Source: an uncultured Thermus sp. (lineage in GTDB: Bacteria > Deinococcota > Deinococci > Deinococcales > Thermaceae). Taken from it: DNA of 27,653 nt. The DNA lies in assembly GCA_947085095.1 (NCBI GenBank), contig CAMTVD010000033.1, positions 1-27,653 of the forward strand, written 5' to 3'. Each line of letters starts with the position of its first letter. Positions within the stretch are counted from its first letter, which is position 1. Both the position numbers and the translations under genes were made by a program. The notes under the pieces are model-generated. The model worked only from the letters and a program-made list of their open reading frames with translations. It searched no databases and was not told the DNA's origin. Shown in pieces: positions 1 through 10,016 of this stretch.

Positions 1-434
1 CCCGGGGGGTCTACGAAACCCCGGGGGGGACCATCCTCTACCACGCCCGCCGGGCGGTGGAAAGCCTCACCCTGGACCGGGAGGTGCTCCACCAGCGGGA
101 CCAGCTTGCCCCCAAGTACGCCGAGCTCGTCTACTACGGCTTCTGGTACGCCCCGGAGCGGGAGGCCCTCCAGGCCTACTTCGACCACGTGGCCCAGGCG
201 GTCACCGGGGTGGCCCGGCTGAAGCTCTACAAGGGAAACGTCTACGTGGTGGGGAGGAAGGCCCCCAAAAGCCTCTACCAGAAGGACCTGGTTTCCTTCG
301 ACGAGCTCGGGGGCTACGACCAGAAGGACGCCGAGGGCTTCATCCGGATCAACGCCCTAAGGCTCAGGGTACGGGCCTTGGCGGAGGCTTTGCCGTCAGG
401 GAACGAGGGGGAAGGGAAGGGCCATGGCGCATAG
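1..434 (+). CDS. argG: Argininosuccinate synthase, C-terminal part (5' end outside window)
   Basis: Frame open from position 3: [15 protein letters not shown]...[14 protein letters not shown]...LKLYKGN...[10 protein letters not shown]; directly upstream of argH. Confidence 0.97.
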   Translation, partial: RGVYETPGGTILYHARRAVESLTLDREVLHQRDQLAPKYAELVYYGFWYAPEREALQAYFDHVAQAVTGVARLKLYKGNVYVVGRKAPKSLYQKDLVSFDELGGYDQKDAEGFIRINALRLRVRALAEALPSGNEGEGKGHGA

Positions 435-1812
435 GACCTGGGGTGGCCGCTTCGCCGAGGGCCCAAGCGAGCTGGCGGCCCGCTTCAACGCCTCCCTTTC
501 CTTCGACCGGGCCCTTTGGCGGGAGGACCTCTGGCAGAACCGGGTGCACGCCCAGATGCTCCACCGGGTGGGCCTTCTCACCGAGGAGGAGCTAAGGGCC
601 ATCCTCGAGGGCCTGGACCAGATCGAGCGGGAGATCGAGGCGGGCACCTTCCCCTGGCGGGAGGAGCTTGAGGACGTGCACATGAACCTGGAGGCCCGCC
701 TCATCGAACTCGTGGGTCCACCCGGGGGCAAGCTCCACACGGCGAGGAGCCGGAACGACCAGGTGGCAACCGATCTCCGGCTTTTCCTGCGGGGGGCCAT
801 AGACGAGCTTCTCTCCCTCCTTCTGGACCTGCGCCGGGTTCTGGTGCGGGAGGCCGAGCGGCACCTCGAGCCCCTTTACGTCCTTCCCGGCTACACCCAC
901 CTGCAGCGGGCCCAGCCCATCTTGCTTTCCCACTGGTTTTTGGCCTACTACGAGATGCTTCTCCGGGATGCGGGAAGGCTGAGGGACGCCAGGGAGCGCC
1001 TTAACGAAAGCCCCCTGGGGGCTGCGGCCCTGGCGGGGACGGGCTTCCCCATAGACCGCCACTACACCGCGCGGGAGCTTGGCTTTTCCGCTCCCATGCG
1101 GAACTCCTTGGATGCGGTGGCGAGCCGGGACTTCGCCCTGGAGGTGCTTTCCGCCCTGAACATCGGCCAGCTTCACCTAAGCCGCCTGGCCGAGGAGCTC
1201 ATCCTCTATAGCACCGAGGAGTTCGGCTTCGTGGAGGTGCCGGACGCCTTCGCCACCGGCTCTTCCATCATGCCCCAGAAGAAGAACCCCGACATCCTGG
1301 AGCTCATCCGGGCCAAATCGGGAAGGGTCCTGGGGGCCCTGGTGGGCCTCTCCACCGTGGTGAAGGGGCTTCCTTTGGCCTACAACAAGGACCTGCAGGA
1401 GGACAAGGAGCCCCTTCTGGACGCCCTCGCCACCTACCGGGATAGCCTTAGGCTCCTCGCCGCTCTTCTCCCGGGCCTTAGGTGGAACCGGGAGAGGATG
1501 TGGCGGGCGGCGGAGGGGAGCTTCGCTTTGGCCACGGAGCTTGCCGACTACCTGGCCAGGAAGGGGCTTCCCTTTAGGGAGGCCCACCACGTGGTGGGGA
1601 GGCTGGTGAGGAAGCTTTCCGAGGAGGGGCGGGTTCTGAAGGACCTCACCCTGGAGGAGCTAGAAGCCCACCACCCCCTCTTCGCCGAGGACGCCCTTCC
1701 CCTCCTCCATCTGGAGACCGCCATCCACGAGAGGCGCTCCTACGGGGGAACAGCCCCGGAGGCGGTGCGCGCGCGGCTTTTAGAGGCCAAGAAGGAGGTG
1801 GGCCTTGGTTGA
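424..1812 (+). CDS. argH: Argininosuccinate lyase
   Basis: WGGRF N-terminus, [31 protein letters not shown] signature. Confidence 0.98.
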   Translation: MAHRTWGGRFAEGPSELAARFNASLSFDRALWREDLWQNRVHAQMLHRVGLLTEEELRAILEGLDQIEREIEAGTFPWREELEDVHMNLEARLIELVGPPGGKLHTARSRNDQVATDLRLFLRGAIDELLSLLLDLRRVLVREAERHLEPLYVLPGYTHLQRAQPILLSHWFLAYYEMLLRDAGRLRDARERLNESPLGAAALAGTGFPIDRHYTARELGFSAPMRNSLDAVASRDFALEVLSALNIGQLHLSRLAEELILYSTEEFGFVEVPDAFATGSSIMPQKKNPDILELIRAKSGRVLGALVGLSTVVKGLPLAYNKDLQEDKEPLLDALATYRDSLRLLAALLPGLRWNRERMWRAAEGSFALATELADYLARKGLPFREAHHVVGRLVRKLSEEGRVLKDLTLEELEAHHPLFAEDALPLLHLETAIHERRSYGGTAPEAVRARLLEAKKEVGLG

Positions 1813-2347
1813 GGTGGAGGGTCTTTCCTTTTCCCCCGTGGTCCTGCCGGAGGTGCGGCGGGAGGCGGGGGTGGAGCTCCGGAAGGCGAGGCTTGGCGAC
1901 GTGGACGCCATCTACTGGCTCATCCGCTACTGGGCGGAAAAGGGCCTGATGCTGGTTAGGAGCCACAGCCACCTTTACGAGAACATCCGGGACTTCCAGG
2001 TCCTGGAGGACGAGGACGGAAAGATCGTGGGCACCGTGGCCCTCCACGTCCTCTGGCGGGACCTGGCGGAGATCAGGGGCCTCGCCGTCCACCCCCATCG
2101 CCAGGGCCAGGGCCTGGGGCGGTGGCTGGTCCTGGGGGCGGAAAGGGAGGCCCGGGACCTGGGGCTTCCCCGGGTTTTCGCCTGGACCTTGCAGGTGAAC
2201 TTCTTCCGGGGCCTGGGCTACCAGGTGACCACCCGGGAGGCCCTGCCCCCCAAGGTCTGGAGCGAGTGCAACGCCTGCCCCTTTTACGAGAACTGCCGGG
2301 AGATCGCCGTCATCAAGCACCTTTCCCCGGGGGCTTTTGGGGGCTAG
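1805..2347 (+). CDS. argA: GNAT N-acetyltransferase, short ArgA-type N-acetylglutamate synthase
   Basis: AEIRGLAV...GQGLGR acetyl-CoA motif, C-terminal [20 protein letters not shown] start with GGAGG RBS, overlaps argH stop in the arg operon. Confidence 0.8.
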   Translation: MVEVEGLSFSPVVLPEVRREAGVELRKARLGDVDAIYWLIRYWAEKGLMLVRSHSHLYENIRDFQVLEDEDGKIVGTVALHVLWRDLAEIRGLAVHPHRQGQGLGRWLVLGAEREARDLGLPRVFAWTLQVNFFRGLGYQVTTREALPPKVWSECNACPFYENCREIAVIKHLSPGAFGG

Positions 2348-2350
2348 AAT
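2345..2350 (+). promoter_or_regulatory. -10 box TAGAAT for a probable leaderless hicB transcript (contains the argA stop TAG)
   Basis: TAGAAT, 7 nt, ATG at 2358; no SD. Confidence 0.55.
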
Positions 2351-2357
2351 GGGTGGG

Positions 2358-2612
2358 ATGGGCACCCTGACCCGCTACCTGGAGGAGGCCATGGCCCGGG
2401 CCCGATACGAGCTCATCGCGGACGCGGAGCCCTACTACGGGGAAGTCCCAGACTTGCCCGGTGTCTGGGCCACGGGGAAGAGTCTGAGGGAGTGCGAGGC
2501 CAACCAGCAGGCGGCCCTGGAGGACTGGCTTCTCTTTCTTCTCTCCCGGGGTGAGACGCCCCCGCCCTTAGGCGAGGTCCGCATTGATCTACCCCATGGC
2601 GAGGCGGCTTAA
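2358..2612 (+). CDS. hicB: HicB-family (UPF0150) antitoxin, short form; alternative ATG at 2349
   Basis: YYGEVPDLPGVWATGKSLRECEANQQAALEDWL matches the HicB partial RNase H fold pattern; no C-terminal DNA-binding domain. Confidence 0.85.
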   Translation: MGTLTRYLEEAMARARYELIADAEPYYGEVPDLPGVWATGKSLRECEANQQAALEDWLLFLLSRGETPPPLGEVRIDLPHGEAA

Positions 2613-2814
2613 GCTGGTTTCCCGGGGGGAGCTCGTGGCGCGGCTTAAGGCCTTGGGTTTTTCTGGGCCCTACACAGGGGGACGGCACCAGTTCACGGTG
2701 CGGGGTTCCGTGCGCTTGGTCTTGCCCAATCCCCACCGGGGTGAGATGGGCGTGGACCTTCTAAAGCGCATCCTGAGGCAAGCGGGGATAGAGGAGGAGG
2801 AATGGCTGGAGTGA
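2596..2814 (+). CDS. hicA: HicA/YcfA-family toxin (dsRBD-fold RNase)
   Basis: [11 protein letters not shown]...GGRHQF...[25 protein letters not shown]; 17-nt overlap with hicB. Confidence 0.85.
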   Translation: MARRLKLVSRGELVARLKALGFSGPYTGGRHQFTVRGSVRLVLPNPHRGEMGVDLLKRILRQAGIEEEEWLE

Positions 2815-3977
2815 AGGAGCGGGCCGTTTTGGTCCTCGAGGACGGCACCGTCTACCACGGCTACGCCTTCGGAGCCCGGGGCAAGACGGTGGGGGAGGTG
2901 GTCTTCAACACCGCCCAGACGGGCTACCAGGAGATCATGACCGATCCCAGCTACCACGGGCAGATCGTGGTCATGACCTACCCCCACCAGGGCAACTACG
3001 GGGTGAACGTCTACGATATGCAGAGTAACCGCCCCTGGGTCAAGGGCTTCGTGGCCAAGGAGTTCAGCCGCACCGCCTCCAACCCCCGGGCCCAGCAGAC
3101 CCTGGGGGAGTTCATGGAGTTCTACGGGGTGGTGGGGATTGAGGGGATAGACACCCGGGCCCTGGTGCGCAAGATCCGGGAGGGGGGGGTCCTGAAGGGC
3201 ACCATCGCCCACGCCAGCCTCTACGGGAGCCCCGACCACGCCTTCACCGAGGAGGAGCTAAAAACCCTCCAGGAGGAGGCCAAGGCCTGGACGGACATAG
3301 ACGGCCGGGACATGACCCCCGAGGTCTCCACCCCCCTGCCCTACGCCTGGCCCACCCTGAAAAGCGGCCGGCGCATCGTGGTCATGGACTTCGGCATTAA
3401 GCACGCCATCGTGGAGAACCTGGCCCAGATGGGTTTTGAGATGATCGTGGTTCCGGGCAGGACGCCGGCCAGCCAGATCATGGCCCTCGAGCCCCACGGC
3501 CTCTTCATCAGCAACGGCCCCGGGGACCCCTCCATGCCCCGGTACGCCCACGAGACCATCTGGAAGCTCATGGGGCTTCTGCCCACCTTCGGCATCTGCC
3601 TGGGGCACCAGCTTTTGGCCCTGGCGGCGGGGGGGCGCACCTACAAGATGAAGTTCGGCCACCGGGGGGCCAACCACCCGGTGAAGAACCTGCAGACGGG
3701 CAAGATTGAGATCACCAGCCAGAACCACGGCTACGCGGTGGACATAGACTCCCTGAAGGAGTTCCGTCCCACCCACATCAACCTCAACGACGGCACCCTC
3801 GAGGGCATGGCCCACGCCCGCTACCCCGTCTTCTCCGTGCAGTACCACCCCGAGGCCGCTCCCGGGCCCCACGATGCCCTCTACCTCTTCCGCCGCTTTC
3901 TGGAGGAGGTGGAGGCCTTCCACGGGGCCACGGGCCTGCCGGTGGAGAAACAGCGGGCGGACCAGCACGGGATCTAA
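2802..3977 (+). CDS. carA: Carbamoyl-phosphate synthase small subunit (start ATG 2802 or GTG 2811)
   Basis: [34 protein letters not shown] (catalytic Cys), QYHPE. Confidence 0.97.
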   Translation: MAGVKERAVLVLEDGTVYHGYAFGARGKTVGEVVFNTAQTGYQEIMTDPSYHGQIVVMTYPHQGNYGVNVYDMQSNRPWVKGFVAKEFSRTASNPRAQQTLGEFMEFYGVVGIEGIDTRALVRKIREGGVLKGTIAHASLYGSPDHAFTEEELKTLQEEAKAWTDIDGRDMTPEVSTPLPYAWPTLKSGRRIVVMDFGIKHAIVENLAQMGFEMIVVPGRTPASQIMALEPHGLFISNGPGDPSMPRYAHETIWKLMGLLPTFGICLGHQLLALAAGGRTYKMKFGHRGANHPVKNLQTGKIEITSQNHGYAVDIDSLKEFRPTHINLNDGTLEGMAHARYPVFSVQYHPEAAPGPHDALYLFRRFLEEVEAFHGATGLPVEKQRADQHGI

Positions 3978-3980
3978 GTA

Positions 3981-4008
3981 CCCCGCCGTGGCTCTTGCCA
4001 CGGCGGGG
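3981..4008. terminator. Perfect 12-bp palindrome between convergent carA and fhs (terminator or REP-like element)
   Basis: CCCCGCCGTGGC-TCTT-GCCACGGCGGGG; no U-tract on either side. Confidence 0.6.
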
Positions 4009-4015
4009 GCCCCAA

Positions 4016-5647
4016 TTAGTAGTCCATCCCCCGGATATTCCCCTCCTCGTCCACGTCTATGCCCAAGGCCTGGGGCACCCTGGGCAGGCCGGGAAGGGTC
4101 TCAATCCCTCCCATGTACACCACCACAAACCCCGCCCCCAGGCGGCACTTCAGGTCGGTGACCCGCACGGTGAAGCCCGTGGGGCGGCCCCGGAGCTTGG
4201 GGTTGTCGGAGAGGGAGGTGGCCGCCTTGGCCATGACCACGGGCAGGGCCTCGCACCCCTCCTTCTTGGCGGCCTTCAGGGCCTTCTTGGCCTCCTCGCT
4301 CCACTCCACCCCGTGGGCGCCGTAGACCTGCTTGGCGATGGTTTCCACCTTGCTCTCCAGGGGGGCCTCGAGGGGGTAGAGGGGGCGGTAGGCGTGGGGG
4401 AGGTTGAGGGCTTCCAGGACCTTCTCCGCCAGCTCCAGGCCCCCTTCGCCCCCCTTGGCGTAGACCTCGCTTAAGGCGAAGGGTAGCCCCCGCTCCTCGG
4501 CGAAGGCCCGGACCAGGGCGATCTCCTCGGGGGCGTCCGAGGGGAAACGGTTCAGGGCCAGAACCGGGGTGTAGCCAAAAAGCTCCGCGTTCTCCACGTG
4601 CTTGGCCAGGTTGGCCAGGCCCCTTTCCACCGCTTTGGGATCGGGCATCTCGTAAGCGTCCTGCCCCCCGTGGTAGCGGAGGGCCCGGATGGTGGCCACC
4701 AGGACCACGGCCTCGGGCACCAGGCCCGCGGTGCGGGCCACCACGTTCATGAACTTCTCCATGCCCAGATCCGTGGCGAAGCCCGCCTCCTGGACCACGT
4801 AGTCCGCGAGGCCCAGGGCGAAGCGGCTTGCCCACACGGAGTTGGTGCCGTGGGCGATGTTGCCGAAGGGCCCCATGTGCACGAAAGCGGGGTTGCCTTC
4901 CGCCGTCTGCACCAGGTTGGGGAGGAAGGCCTGCTTTAGAAGGGCGGCCATGGCCCCCACCGCCCCCAGTTCCCCGGCGTAGACGGGCTTGCCCTCGTAG
5001 GTGAAGCCCACGCGGATCCTCCCCAGGCGCCGCTTGAGGTCGGCGAAGTCCTGGGCCAGGCTCATGAGGGCCATGACCTCGCTGGCCACGGTGAGCTCAA
5101 AGCCGCCTTCCCGGGGTACCCCGTGGGCCTTGCCCCCGAGGCCCAGGACGATGCGCCTGAGGGCGCGGTCGTTCATGTCTATGGCCCGCTTCAGCTCTAT
5201 CCGCCTGGGGTCCAGGCCTAGCTCGTTCCCCTGGTGCAGGTGGTTGTCCAAAAGGGCGTTCAGGAGGTTCACGGCGCTGGTCACCGCGTGGAAGTCCCCG
5301 GTGAAGTGGAGGTTGATCTCGTGCCGGGGCTCGAGGCGGGCCCTTCCGCCCCCTGTGGCCCCCCCCTTGACCCCGAAGACCGGGCCCAAGGAGGGCTCCC
5401 TCAAAGCTAGGGCCGCCTTCTTCCCCAGCCGCCAGAGGGCGTCCACCACGCCGATGGCCGTGGTGGTCTTCCCTTCCCCCGCCGGGGTGGGGGTGATGGC
5501 GGTAACCAGGATCAGCCTGCCTTTGGCCTTGGGGGGCTCGCCTAGGACCTTGGCCATGTGGGGCCCGTAGAGGTAGAGCCGATCCTTGCCGAGGCCCAGC
5601 TTGCCCGCCACCTCTTCTATGGGTAAAAGGGCTTCCTTAACAATCAC
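4016..5647 (-). CDS. fhs: Formate--tetrahydrofolate ligase
   Basis: TAITPTPAGEGKTTT, REPSLGPVFGVKGGATGGG, INLHFTGDFHA, GPFGNIAHG; GTG start 6 nt after TAGGCT (5654-5659). Confidence 0.97.
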   Translation of the reverse strand: MIVKEALLPIEEVAGKLGLGKDRLYLYGPHMAKVLGEPPKAKGRLILVTAITPTPAGEGKTTTAIGVVDALWRLGKKAALALREPSLGPVFGVKGGATGGGRARLEPRHEINLHFTGDFHAVTSAVNLLNALLDNHLHQGNELGLDPRRIELKRAIDMNDRALRRIVLGLGGKAHGVPREGGFELTVASEVMALMSLAQDFADLKRRLGRIRVGFTYEGKPVYAGELGAVGAMAALLKQAFLPNLVQTAEGNPAFVHMGPFGNIAHGTNSVWASRFALGLADYVVQEAGFATDLGMEKFMNVVARTAGLVPEAVVLVATIRALRYHGGQDAYEMPDPKAVERGLANLAKHVENAELFGYTPVLALNRFPSDAPEEIALVRAFAEERGLPFALSEVYAKGGEGGLELAEKVLEALNLPHAYRPLYPLEAPLESKVETIAKQVYGAHGVEWSEEAKKALKAAKKEGCEALPVVMAKAATSLSDNPKLRGRPTGFTVRVTDLKCRLGAGFVVVYMGGIETLPGLPRVPQALGIDVDEEGNIRGMDY

Positions 5648-5669
5648 GGCCCAAGCCTACACCCAGAGC

Positions 5670-6602
5670 CTAGGGAGAGAAGTCCCGGTTCCCCCCGGAA
5701 AGGAGGAGGGCCAGGGTCTTGGGGAGGTTTCCCCCGTGTTCCAGGACCGCCGCCAGGGGCAGGGCCCCCGTGGGCTCCACCACCTGCTTGGTGCGGGTGA
5801 AGAGGAGGCGTTCGGCCTCGAGGATGGCCTCCTCCCCCACCGTGAGGATGCCGTCCACCTTTTCCCGCATCACCCTAAAAGGGTGCTCCCCCACCGCCAA
5901 GGTGCGCACCCCGTCGGCCCGGGTTCTTGGGGCTTCTTCCAGCCGGAGGATGCTTCCGGCCTCCAGGCTCCTTTTGGCGTCGTCCGCCCCTTTGGGCTCC
6001 ACCCCCAGGACCAGGGTGGTGGGGGAGAGGGCCTTCACCGCCGTGGCGATCCCAGCGATCAGCCCCCCGCCCCCCACGGGCACCAGAACGGCCTCGAGGG
6101 GGACCCCCTTCCGCCCCGCCTGGGCCAGGAGCTCTAGCCCAGCCGTCCCCTGCCCGGCCATGACCAGGGGGTCGTCAAAGGGGTGGATGAGGGCGTAGCC
6201 CGTCTCCTCCTTTAGGGCCCTGGCCACCTCCTCCCGGTTCTTGGCCGTCACTCCCTGGTCCACCACCTCCGCCCCGTAAGCCCGGGCGGCCTCCTTCTTG
6301 AAGGGGCTCGCCTCCTCGGGGACCACGATCAGGGCCTTCACCCCCAAGACCTGGGCGGCGTAGGCCACCCCCTGGGCGTGGTTGCCGCTGGAGACGGCGA
6401 GGAGCCCCTTGGGATTCTTCAGGGTGAGGGCTTTGGAGAGAGCCCCCCGGGCCTTGAAGCTCCCTGTCTTCTGCAGGTGCTCGGCCTTGAGGAAAAGACG
6501 CTTGCCCAGAAGCTCGTCCAGGAGGCGGGAGGTGAGGAGGGGGGTGCGGTGGGTGTAGGGGGCGATGCGGTGAAAGGCGGCGTGGATGCTGGAAAGCTCC
6601 AT
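5670..6602 (-). CDS. PLP-dependent Ser/Thr dehydratase family (fold type II; no ACT domain)
   Basis: KAEHLQKTGSFKARGA (PLP Lys), SSGNHAQGVA, HPFDD, VPVGGGGL, LSGGN. Confidence 0.9.
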   Translation of the reverse strand: MELSSIHAAFHRIAPYTHRTPLLTSRLLDELLGKRLFLKAEHLQKTGSFKARGALSKALTLKNPKGLLAVSSGNHAQGVAYAAQVLGVKALIVVPEEASPFKKEAARAYGAEVVDQGVTAKNREEVARALKEETGYALIHPFDDPLVMAGQGTAGLELLAQAGRKGVPLEAVLVPVGGGGLIAGIATAVKALSPTTLVLGVEPKGADDAKRSLEAGSILRLEEAPRTRADGVRTLAVGEHPFRVMREKVDGILTVGEEAILEAERLLFTRTKQVVEPTGALPLAAVLEHGGNLPKTLALLLSGGNRDFSP

Positions 6603-6620
6603 GCCCCCATCATGCCAGGG

Positions 6621-6649
6621 TGGACACTGCGCCCACCTGGCGCTAGAGT
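6621..6649 (+). promoter_or_regulatory. sigmaA promoter for secG
   Basis: TGGACA-17 nt-TAGAGT, 9 nt before ATG 6659. Confidence 0.55.
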
Positions 6650-6658
6650 GGTAAGGGT

Positions 6659-6886
6659 ATGGACTTCCTCTACACCCTGGTCATCCTCCTTTACCTCGGC
6701 GTGGCGGGGCTTTTGGTCTACCTGGTCCTGGTGCAGGAGCCCAAGCAGGGGGCGGGGGACCTCATGGGCGCCTCCACTGACCTCTTCTCCGCCCGGGGCG
6801 TCACCGGCGGGCTTTACCGCGTCACCGTCATCCTGGGGGCGGTCTTCGCCGCCTTGGCCTTTCTCATAGGCCTCTGGCCCCGTTGA
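6659..6886 (+). CDS. secG: Preprotein translocase subunit SecG
   Basis: Two TM helices around LVLVQEPKQGAGDLMG...LFSARG; followed by a tRNA, as is common for secG. Confidence 0.93.
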   Translation: MDFLYTLVILLYLGVAGLLVYLVLVQEPKQGAGDLMGASTDLFSARGVTGGLYRVTVILGAVFAALAFLIGLWPR

Positions 6887-6911
6887 CAAGAAGGCCGCCC
6901 CCCGGTACCAT
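6883..6911 (+). promoter_or_regulatory. sigmaA promoter for tRNA-Ala (the -35 contains the secG stop TGA)
   Basis: TTGACA(6883-6888)-17 nt-TACCAT(6906-6911). Confidence 0.8.
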
Positions 6912-6922
6912 GGGCGTTGCCT

Positions 6923-6998
6923 GGGGCCGTGGCGCAGTTGGGAGCGCGCCTCAATGGCATTGAGGAGGTCAGGGGTTCGAATCCCCTCGGCTCCACCA
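6923..6998 (+). tRNA. tRNA-Ala(GGC)
   Basis: 76-nt cloverleaf; anticodon arm CCTCA-ATGGCAT-TGAGG; G3:U70 Ala identity pair; GGTTCGAATCC T-arm; encoded CCA. Confidence 0.97.
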
Positions 6999-7000
6999 GA

Positions 7001-7024
7001 AAAGCCCCCCGCAAGGGGGGCTTT
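7001..7024 (+). terminator. Intrinsic terminator after tRNA-Ala
   Basis: AAAGCCCCCC-GCAA-GGGGGGCTTT with GNRA loop. Confidence 0.8.
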
Positions 7025-7027
7025 GGC

Positions 7028-7056
7028 TTGCGGGAAGGCCCAAGCTTGGGTATAGT
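7028..7056 (+). promoter_or_regulatory. sigmaA promoter for the rplU operon
   Basis: TTGCGG-17 nt-TATAGT; GGAGG RBS before ATG 7096. Confidence 0.7.
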
Positions 7057-7095
7057 GGAAGACCGGTAGGCCCTTAGGGCCCAAAAGGGGAGGCC

Positions 7096-7401
7096 ATGTT
7101 CGCGATCGTCAAGACGGGTGGAAAGCAGTACCGGGTGGAACCCGGCCTCAGGCTTCGGGTGGAGAGGCTGGACCTCGAGCCCGGGAGCCAGGTGGAGCTT
7201 CCCGTCCTCCTGCTGGGGGGCGAGAAGACCGTGGTGGGAGCCCCGGTGGTGGATGGGGCCAAGGTGGTGGCCGAGGTCCTGGGCCACGGTAAGGGCAAGA
7301 AGATCACCGTCTCCAAGTTCAAGGCCAAGGTGCAGTACCGCAGGAAGCGGGGGCACCGCCAGCCGTACACGGAGATCCTCATCAAGGAGATCCGGGGGTG
7401 A
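7096..7401 (+). CDS. rplU: 50S ribosomal protein L21
   Basis: MFAIVKTGGKQYRV...GHRQPYT. Confidence 0.98.
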   Translation: MFAIVKTGGKQYRVEPGLRLRVERLDLEPGSQVELPVLLLGGEKTVVGAPVVDGAKVVAEVLGHGKGKKITVSKFKAKVQYRRKRGHRQPYTEILIKEIRG

Positions 7402-7404
7402 GCC

Positions 7405-7662
7405 ATGGCGCATAAAAAGGGACTCGGTTCCACGAAAAACGGCCGCGACTCCCAGTCCAAGCGCCTGGGGGTCAAGCGCTACGGTGGCCAGGTGGTGAAG
7501 GCGGGCCACATCCTGGTCCGCCAGCGGGGCACCCGCTTCAAGCCGGGGAAGAACGTGGGCATGGGCCGGGACTTCACCCTCTTCGCCCTGGTGGACGGGG
7601 TGGTGGAGTTTCAGGACAAGGGGCGGCTGGGCCGCTTTGTGAGCGTTCGCCCGCTAAGCTAA
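7405..7662 (+). CDS. rpmA: 50S ribosomal protein L27
   Basis: [24 protein letters not shown]...RQRGT. Confidence 0.98.
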   Translation: MAHKKGLGSTKNGRDSQSKRLGVKRYGGQVVKAGHILVRQRGTRFKPGKNVGMGRDFTLFALVDGVVEFQDKGRLGRFVSVRPLS

Positions 7663-7669
7663 AGACGCC

Positions 7670-8923
7670 TTGACCTTCCAGGACGTTCTCCACATCACCG
7701 TCGCCGCCGGTAGGGGTGGCGACGGTGCCGTCTCCTTTCGCCGGGAAAAGTTCGTGCCCAAGGGGGGGCCGGACGGGGGGGATGGGGGGCGGGGGGGAAA
7801 CGTCTACCTCAGAGCCAAGGGCAGCGTGGACTCCCTCTCGGAACTCTCCCGGCGCACCTACAAGGCCGAGGACGGGGAGCACGGTAAGGGAAGCGGCCAG
7901 CATGGGCGGGCCGGGCAGGACCTCTTCATTGAGGTACCCCGGGGCACCCGGGTTTACGATGCCGACACCGGGGAGCTCCTGGCCGACCTTACCCAGGAAG
8001 GGGAGACCGTCCTGGTGGCCCGGGGCGGGGAGGGGGGGCGGGGGAACATGCACTTCGTGACCCCCACCCGCCAGGCTCCCCGTTTCGCCGAGGCCGGGGA
8101 GGAGGGGGAGAAAAGAAGGCTCCGCTTGGAGCTCATGCTCATCGCCGACGTGGGCCTGGTGGGCTACCCCAACGCGGGGAAGTCCAGCCTCCTCCGGGCC
8201 ACCACCCACGCCCATCCCAAGGTGGCCCCCTACCCCTTCACCACCCTGAGCCCTCACCTGGGGGTGGCGGAGCTTTCGGAGGAGAGGCGCTTCACCCTGG
8301 CGGACATCCCGGGGATCATAGAGGGGGCGAGCCAGGGGAAGGGCCTGGGCCTGGAGTTCCTTAGGCACATCGCCCGCACCCGGGTTCTCCTCTACGTCCT
8401 GGACGCCACGGAAGCTCCTCTGGAGGCCTTTCGTACCCTGCGGAAGGAGGTGGGGGCCTACGACCCGGGCCTCCTCCGGCGGCCCAGCCTCATCGCCCTC
8501 AACAAGATAGACCTCCTCTCCGAGGAGGAGGTGGCTGCCAGGGTGGCGGAGCTTTCCCCGGAAGGGCTTCCTGTCCTCCCGGTGAGCGCCCTCACCGGGG
8601 AGGGAGTGCCGGAGCTTCTGGAGGCCCTCTATGCCCTGGTCCAGGCCGCCCCGGCTCCCGAGTTGCCCAAGCCCGCCCCCCGCACCCAGGTCCAGGTGGG
8701 GGTGGAGGTGGTGCCCCTGGAGGAGGGGGTGTACGAGGTGCGGGCCCCGGAGGTGGAGCGCTACCTCAAGCGCCTCAAGGGAGACTTGGGCGAGGCCGCG
8801 GGCTACCTGCAGGAGGTCTTCAAGCGCCACGGGGTGGAGGCCGCCCTCAAGGCCAAAGGGGTGCGGGCCGGGGACGTGGTGCGGATTGGGGGCCTGGAGT
8901 TTGAGTACATCCCGGAGGTGTAG
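7670..8923 (+). CDS. obgE: GTPase ObgE/CgtA
   Basis: Gly-rich [37 protein letters not shown] domain [20 protein letters not shown] start. Confidence 0.97.
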   Translation: MTFQDVLHITVAAGRGGDGAVSFRREKFVPKGGPDGGDGGRGGNVYLRAKGSVDSLSELSRRTYKAEDGEHGKGSGQHGRAGQDLFIEVPRGTRVYDADTGELLADLTQEGETVLVARGGEGGRGNMHFVTPTRQAPRFAEAGEEGEKRRLRLELMLIADVGLVGYPNAGKSSLLRATTHAHPKVAPYPFTTLSPHLGVAELSEERRFTLADIPGIIEGASQGKGLGLEFLRHIARTRVLLYVLDATEAPLEAFRTLRKEVGAYDPGLLRRPSLIALNKIDLLSEEEVAARVAELSPEGLPVLPVSALTGEGVPELLEALYALVQAAPAPELPKPAPRTQVQVGVEVVPLEEGVYEVRAPEVERYLKRLKGDLGEAAGYLQEVFKRHGVEAALKAKGVRAGDVVRIGGLEFEYIPEV

Positions 8924-9484
8924 GTGCGCCTGGGCCTTTTTGGCGGCAGCTTTGACCCCATCCACCTGGGCCACCTCATCGCCGCCAGCGAGGCGGCCAG
9001 CGCCCTGAACCTGGACCGAGTCCTCTTTGTGGTGGCGGCCCGCCCGCCCCACAAGACTCCCGTGGCGCCTCCCGAGGCCCGTTATGAAATGGTCCTCCTG
9101 GCCACCTCGGAGGAGCGGCGGTTTTTCGCCTCGAGGCTGGAGCTGGACCGCCCAGGCCCCAGCTACACCGTGGACACCCTCTTGGAGGCGCGAAGGCTTT
9201 TCCCCGAGGACGAGCTCTTCTTCATCACCGGGGCCGACGCCTACCGGGACATCCTCAGCTGGAAAGAGGGGCACCGGCTCCACGAGCTCGCCACCCTGGT
9301 GGCCGTGGCCCGGCCCGGCTACCCCTTGGAAGGCGTGCCCGTGCCGGTGGTCCCCCTTTGGGTGCCCGAGGTGGGCATTTCCAGCACGGAGATCAGGCGG
9401 AGGATGGCCGAGGGGCGGAGCGTGCGCCACTGGGTGCCGCGCCCCGTGGAGGTGTACCTTGAAAAGCACGGTCTCTACCGATAG
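8924..9484 (+). CDS. nadD: Nicotinate-nucleotide adenylyltransferase
   Basis: GGSFDPIHLGH, SYTVDTL, ITGAD, ISSTEIR. Confidence 0.96.
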   Translation: MRLGLFGGSFDPIHLGHLIAASEAASALNLDRVLFVVAARPPHKTPVAPPEARYEMVLLATSEERRFFASRLELDRPGPSYTVDTLLEARRLFPEDELFFITGADAYRDILSWKEGHRLHELATLVAVARPGYPLEGVPVPVVPLWVPEVGISSTEIRRRMAEGRSVRHWVPRPVEVYLEKHGLYR

Positions 9485-10016
9485 CCTGTCCCATAAGGTT
9501 AAGGCCCTGGTCAAGCCCGAGCGCTTCGCCCACATCCTGCGGGTGGCCCAGCTGGCCCGGGAGATCGCCGAGAAGAACGGCCTGGACGGGGAAAGGGCCC
9601 ACCTGGCGGCCCTTCTTCACGACGCCGCCCGGGACCTGCCCGAGGAGGAGCTTCTGGCCCTGGCCCCTCCGGAAAACGAGGTAGAAAGGGCCCATCCCCT
9701 GTCCCTCCACGGCCGGGCAGCCCGCCGCCTGGCGGAGGGGTGGGGGGTGGAGGACGAGGAGGTCTTGGAGGCCATAGAGGGCCACGTCTACGGCGTGGAC
9801 CCAAAAAACGGCATCGGTATGGCCCTCTACATCGCCGACATCTCCGAGCCCGGCCGGGGGGTGAACGGGGAGATCCGGGAGCTGGCCCTTTCCGGCAAGC
9901 TTCCTGAGGCCTACCGCCTGGCGGTGGAGAACAAGGTGAACTACCTTAGGCAAAAGGGCATCCCCATCCACCCCCGGACCCTGGCGGTGTACCATACCCT
10001 TCTGGATGCGCCCTAG
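9459..10016 (+). CDS. yqeK: HD-domain Ap4A hydrolase YqeK
   Basis: RFAHILRVA, AALLHDAAR, LHG, ALYIAD; TTG at 9459 after GGAGGTG; nadD-yqeK synteny. Confidence 0.88.
   Translation: MKSTVSTDSLSHKVKALVKPERFAHILRVAQLAREIAEKNGLDGERAHLAALLHDAARDLPEEELLALAPPENEVERAHPLSLHGRAARRLAEGWGVEDEEVLEAIEGHVYGVDPKNGIGMALYIADISEPGRGVNGEIRELALSGKLPEAYRLAVENKVNYLRQKGIPIHPRTLAVYHTLLDAP

Noticed and set aside
380..434. Gly/Glu-rich ArgG C-terminal tail as an insertion scar
   Set aside because: No repeats or IRs; probably a variable tail carrying the argH RBS; needs ortholog alignment
6923..7024. tRNA-Ala as an integration site
   Set aside because: No integrase or duplicated tRNA 3' end; terminator and rplU promoter follow directly
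9027..9458. N-terminal extension of YqeK or a nadD-yqeK frameshift fusion
   Set aside because: Extension overlaps nadD out of frame; a TTG with a good SD exists at 9459
7574..9535. 653-aa minus-strand ORF and many other long alternative-frame ORFs
   Set aside because: Antisense or frame shadows of obgE, nadD and other genes; expected in high-GC DNA, low-complexity P/G/R content, no recognisable motifs
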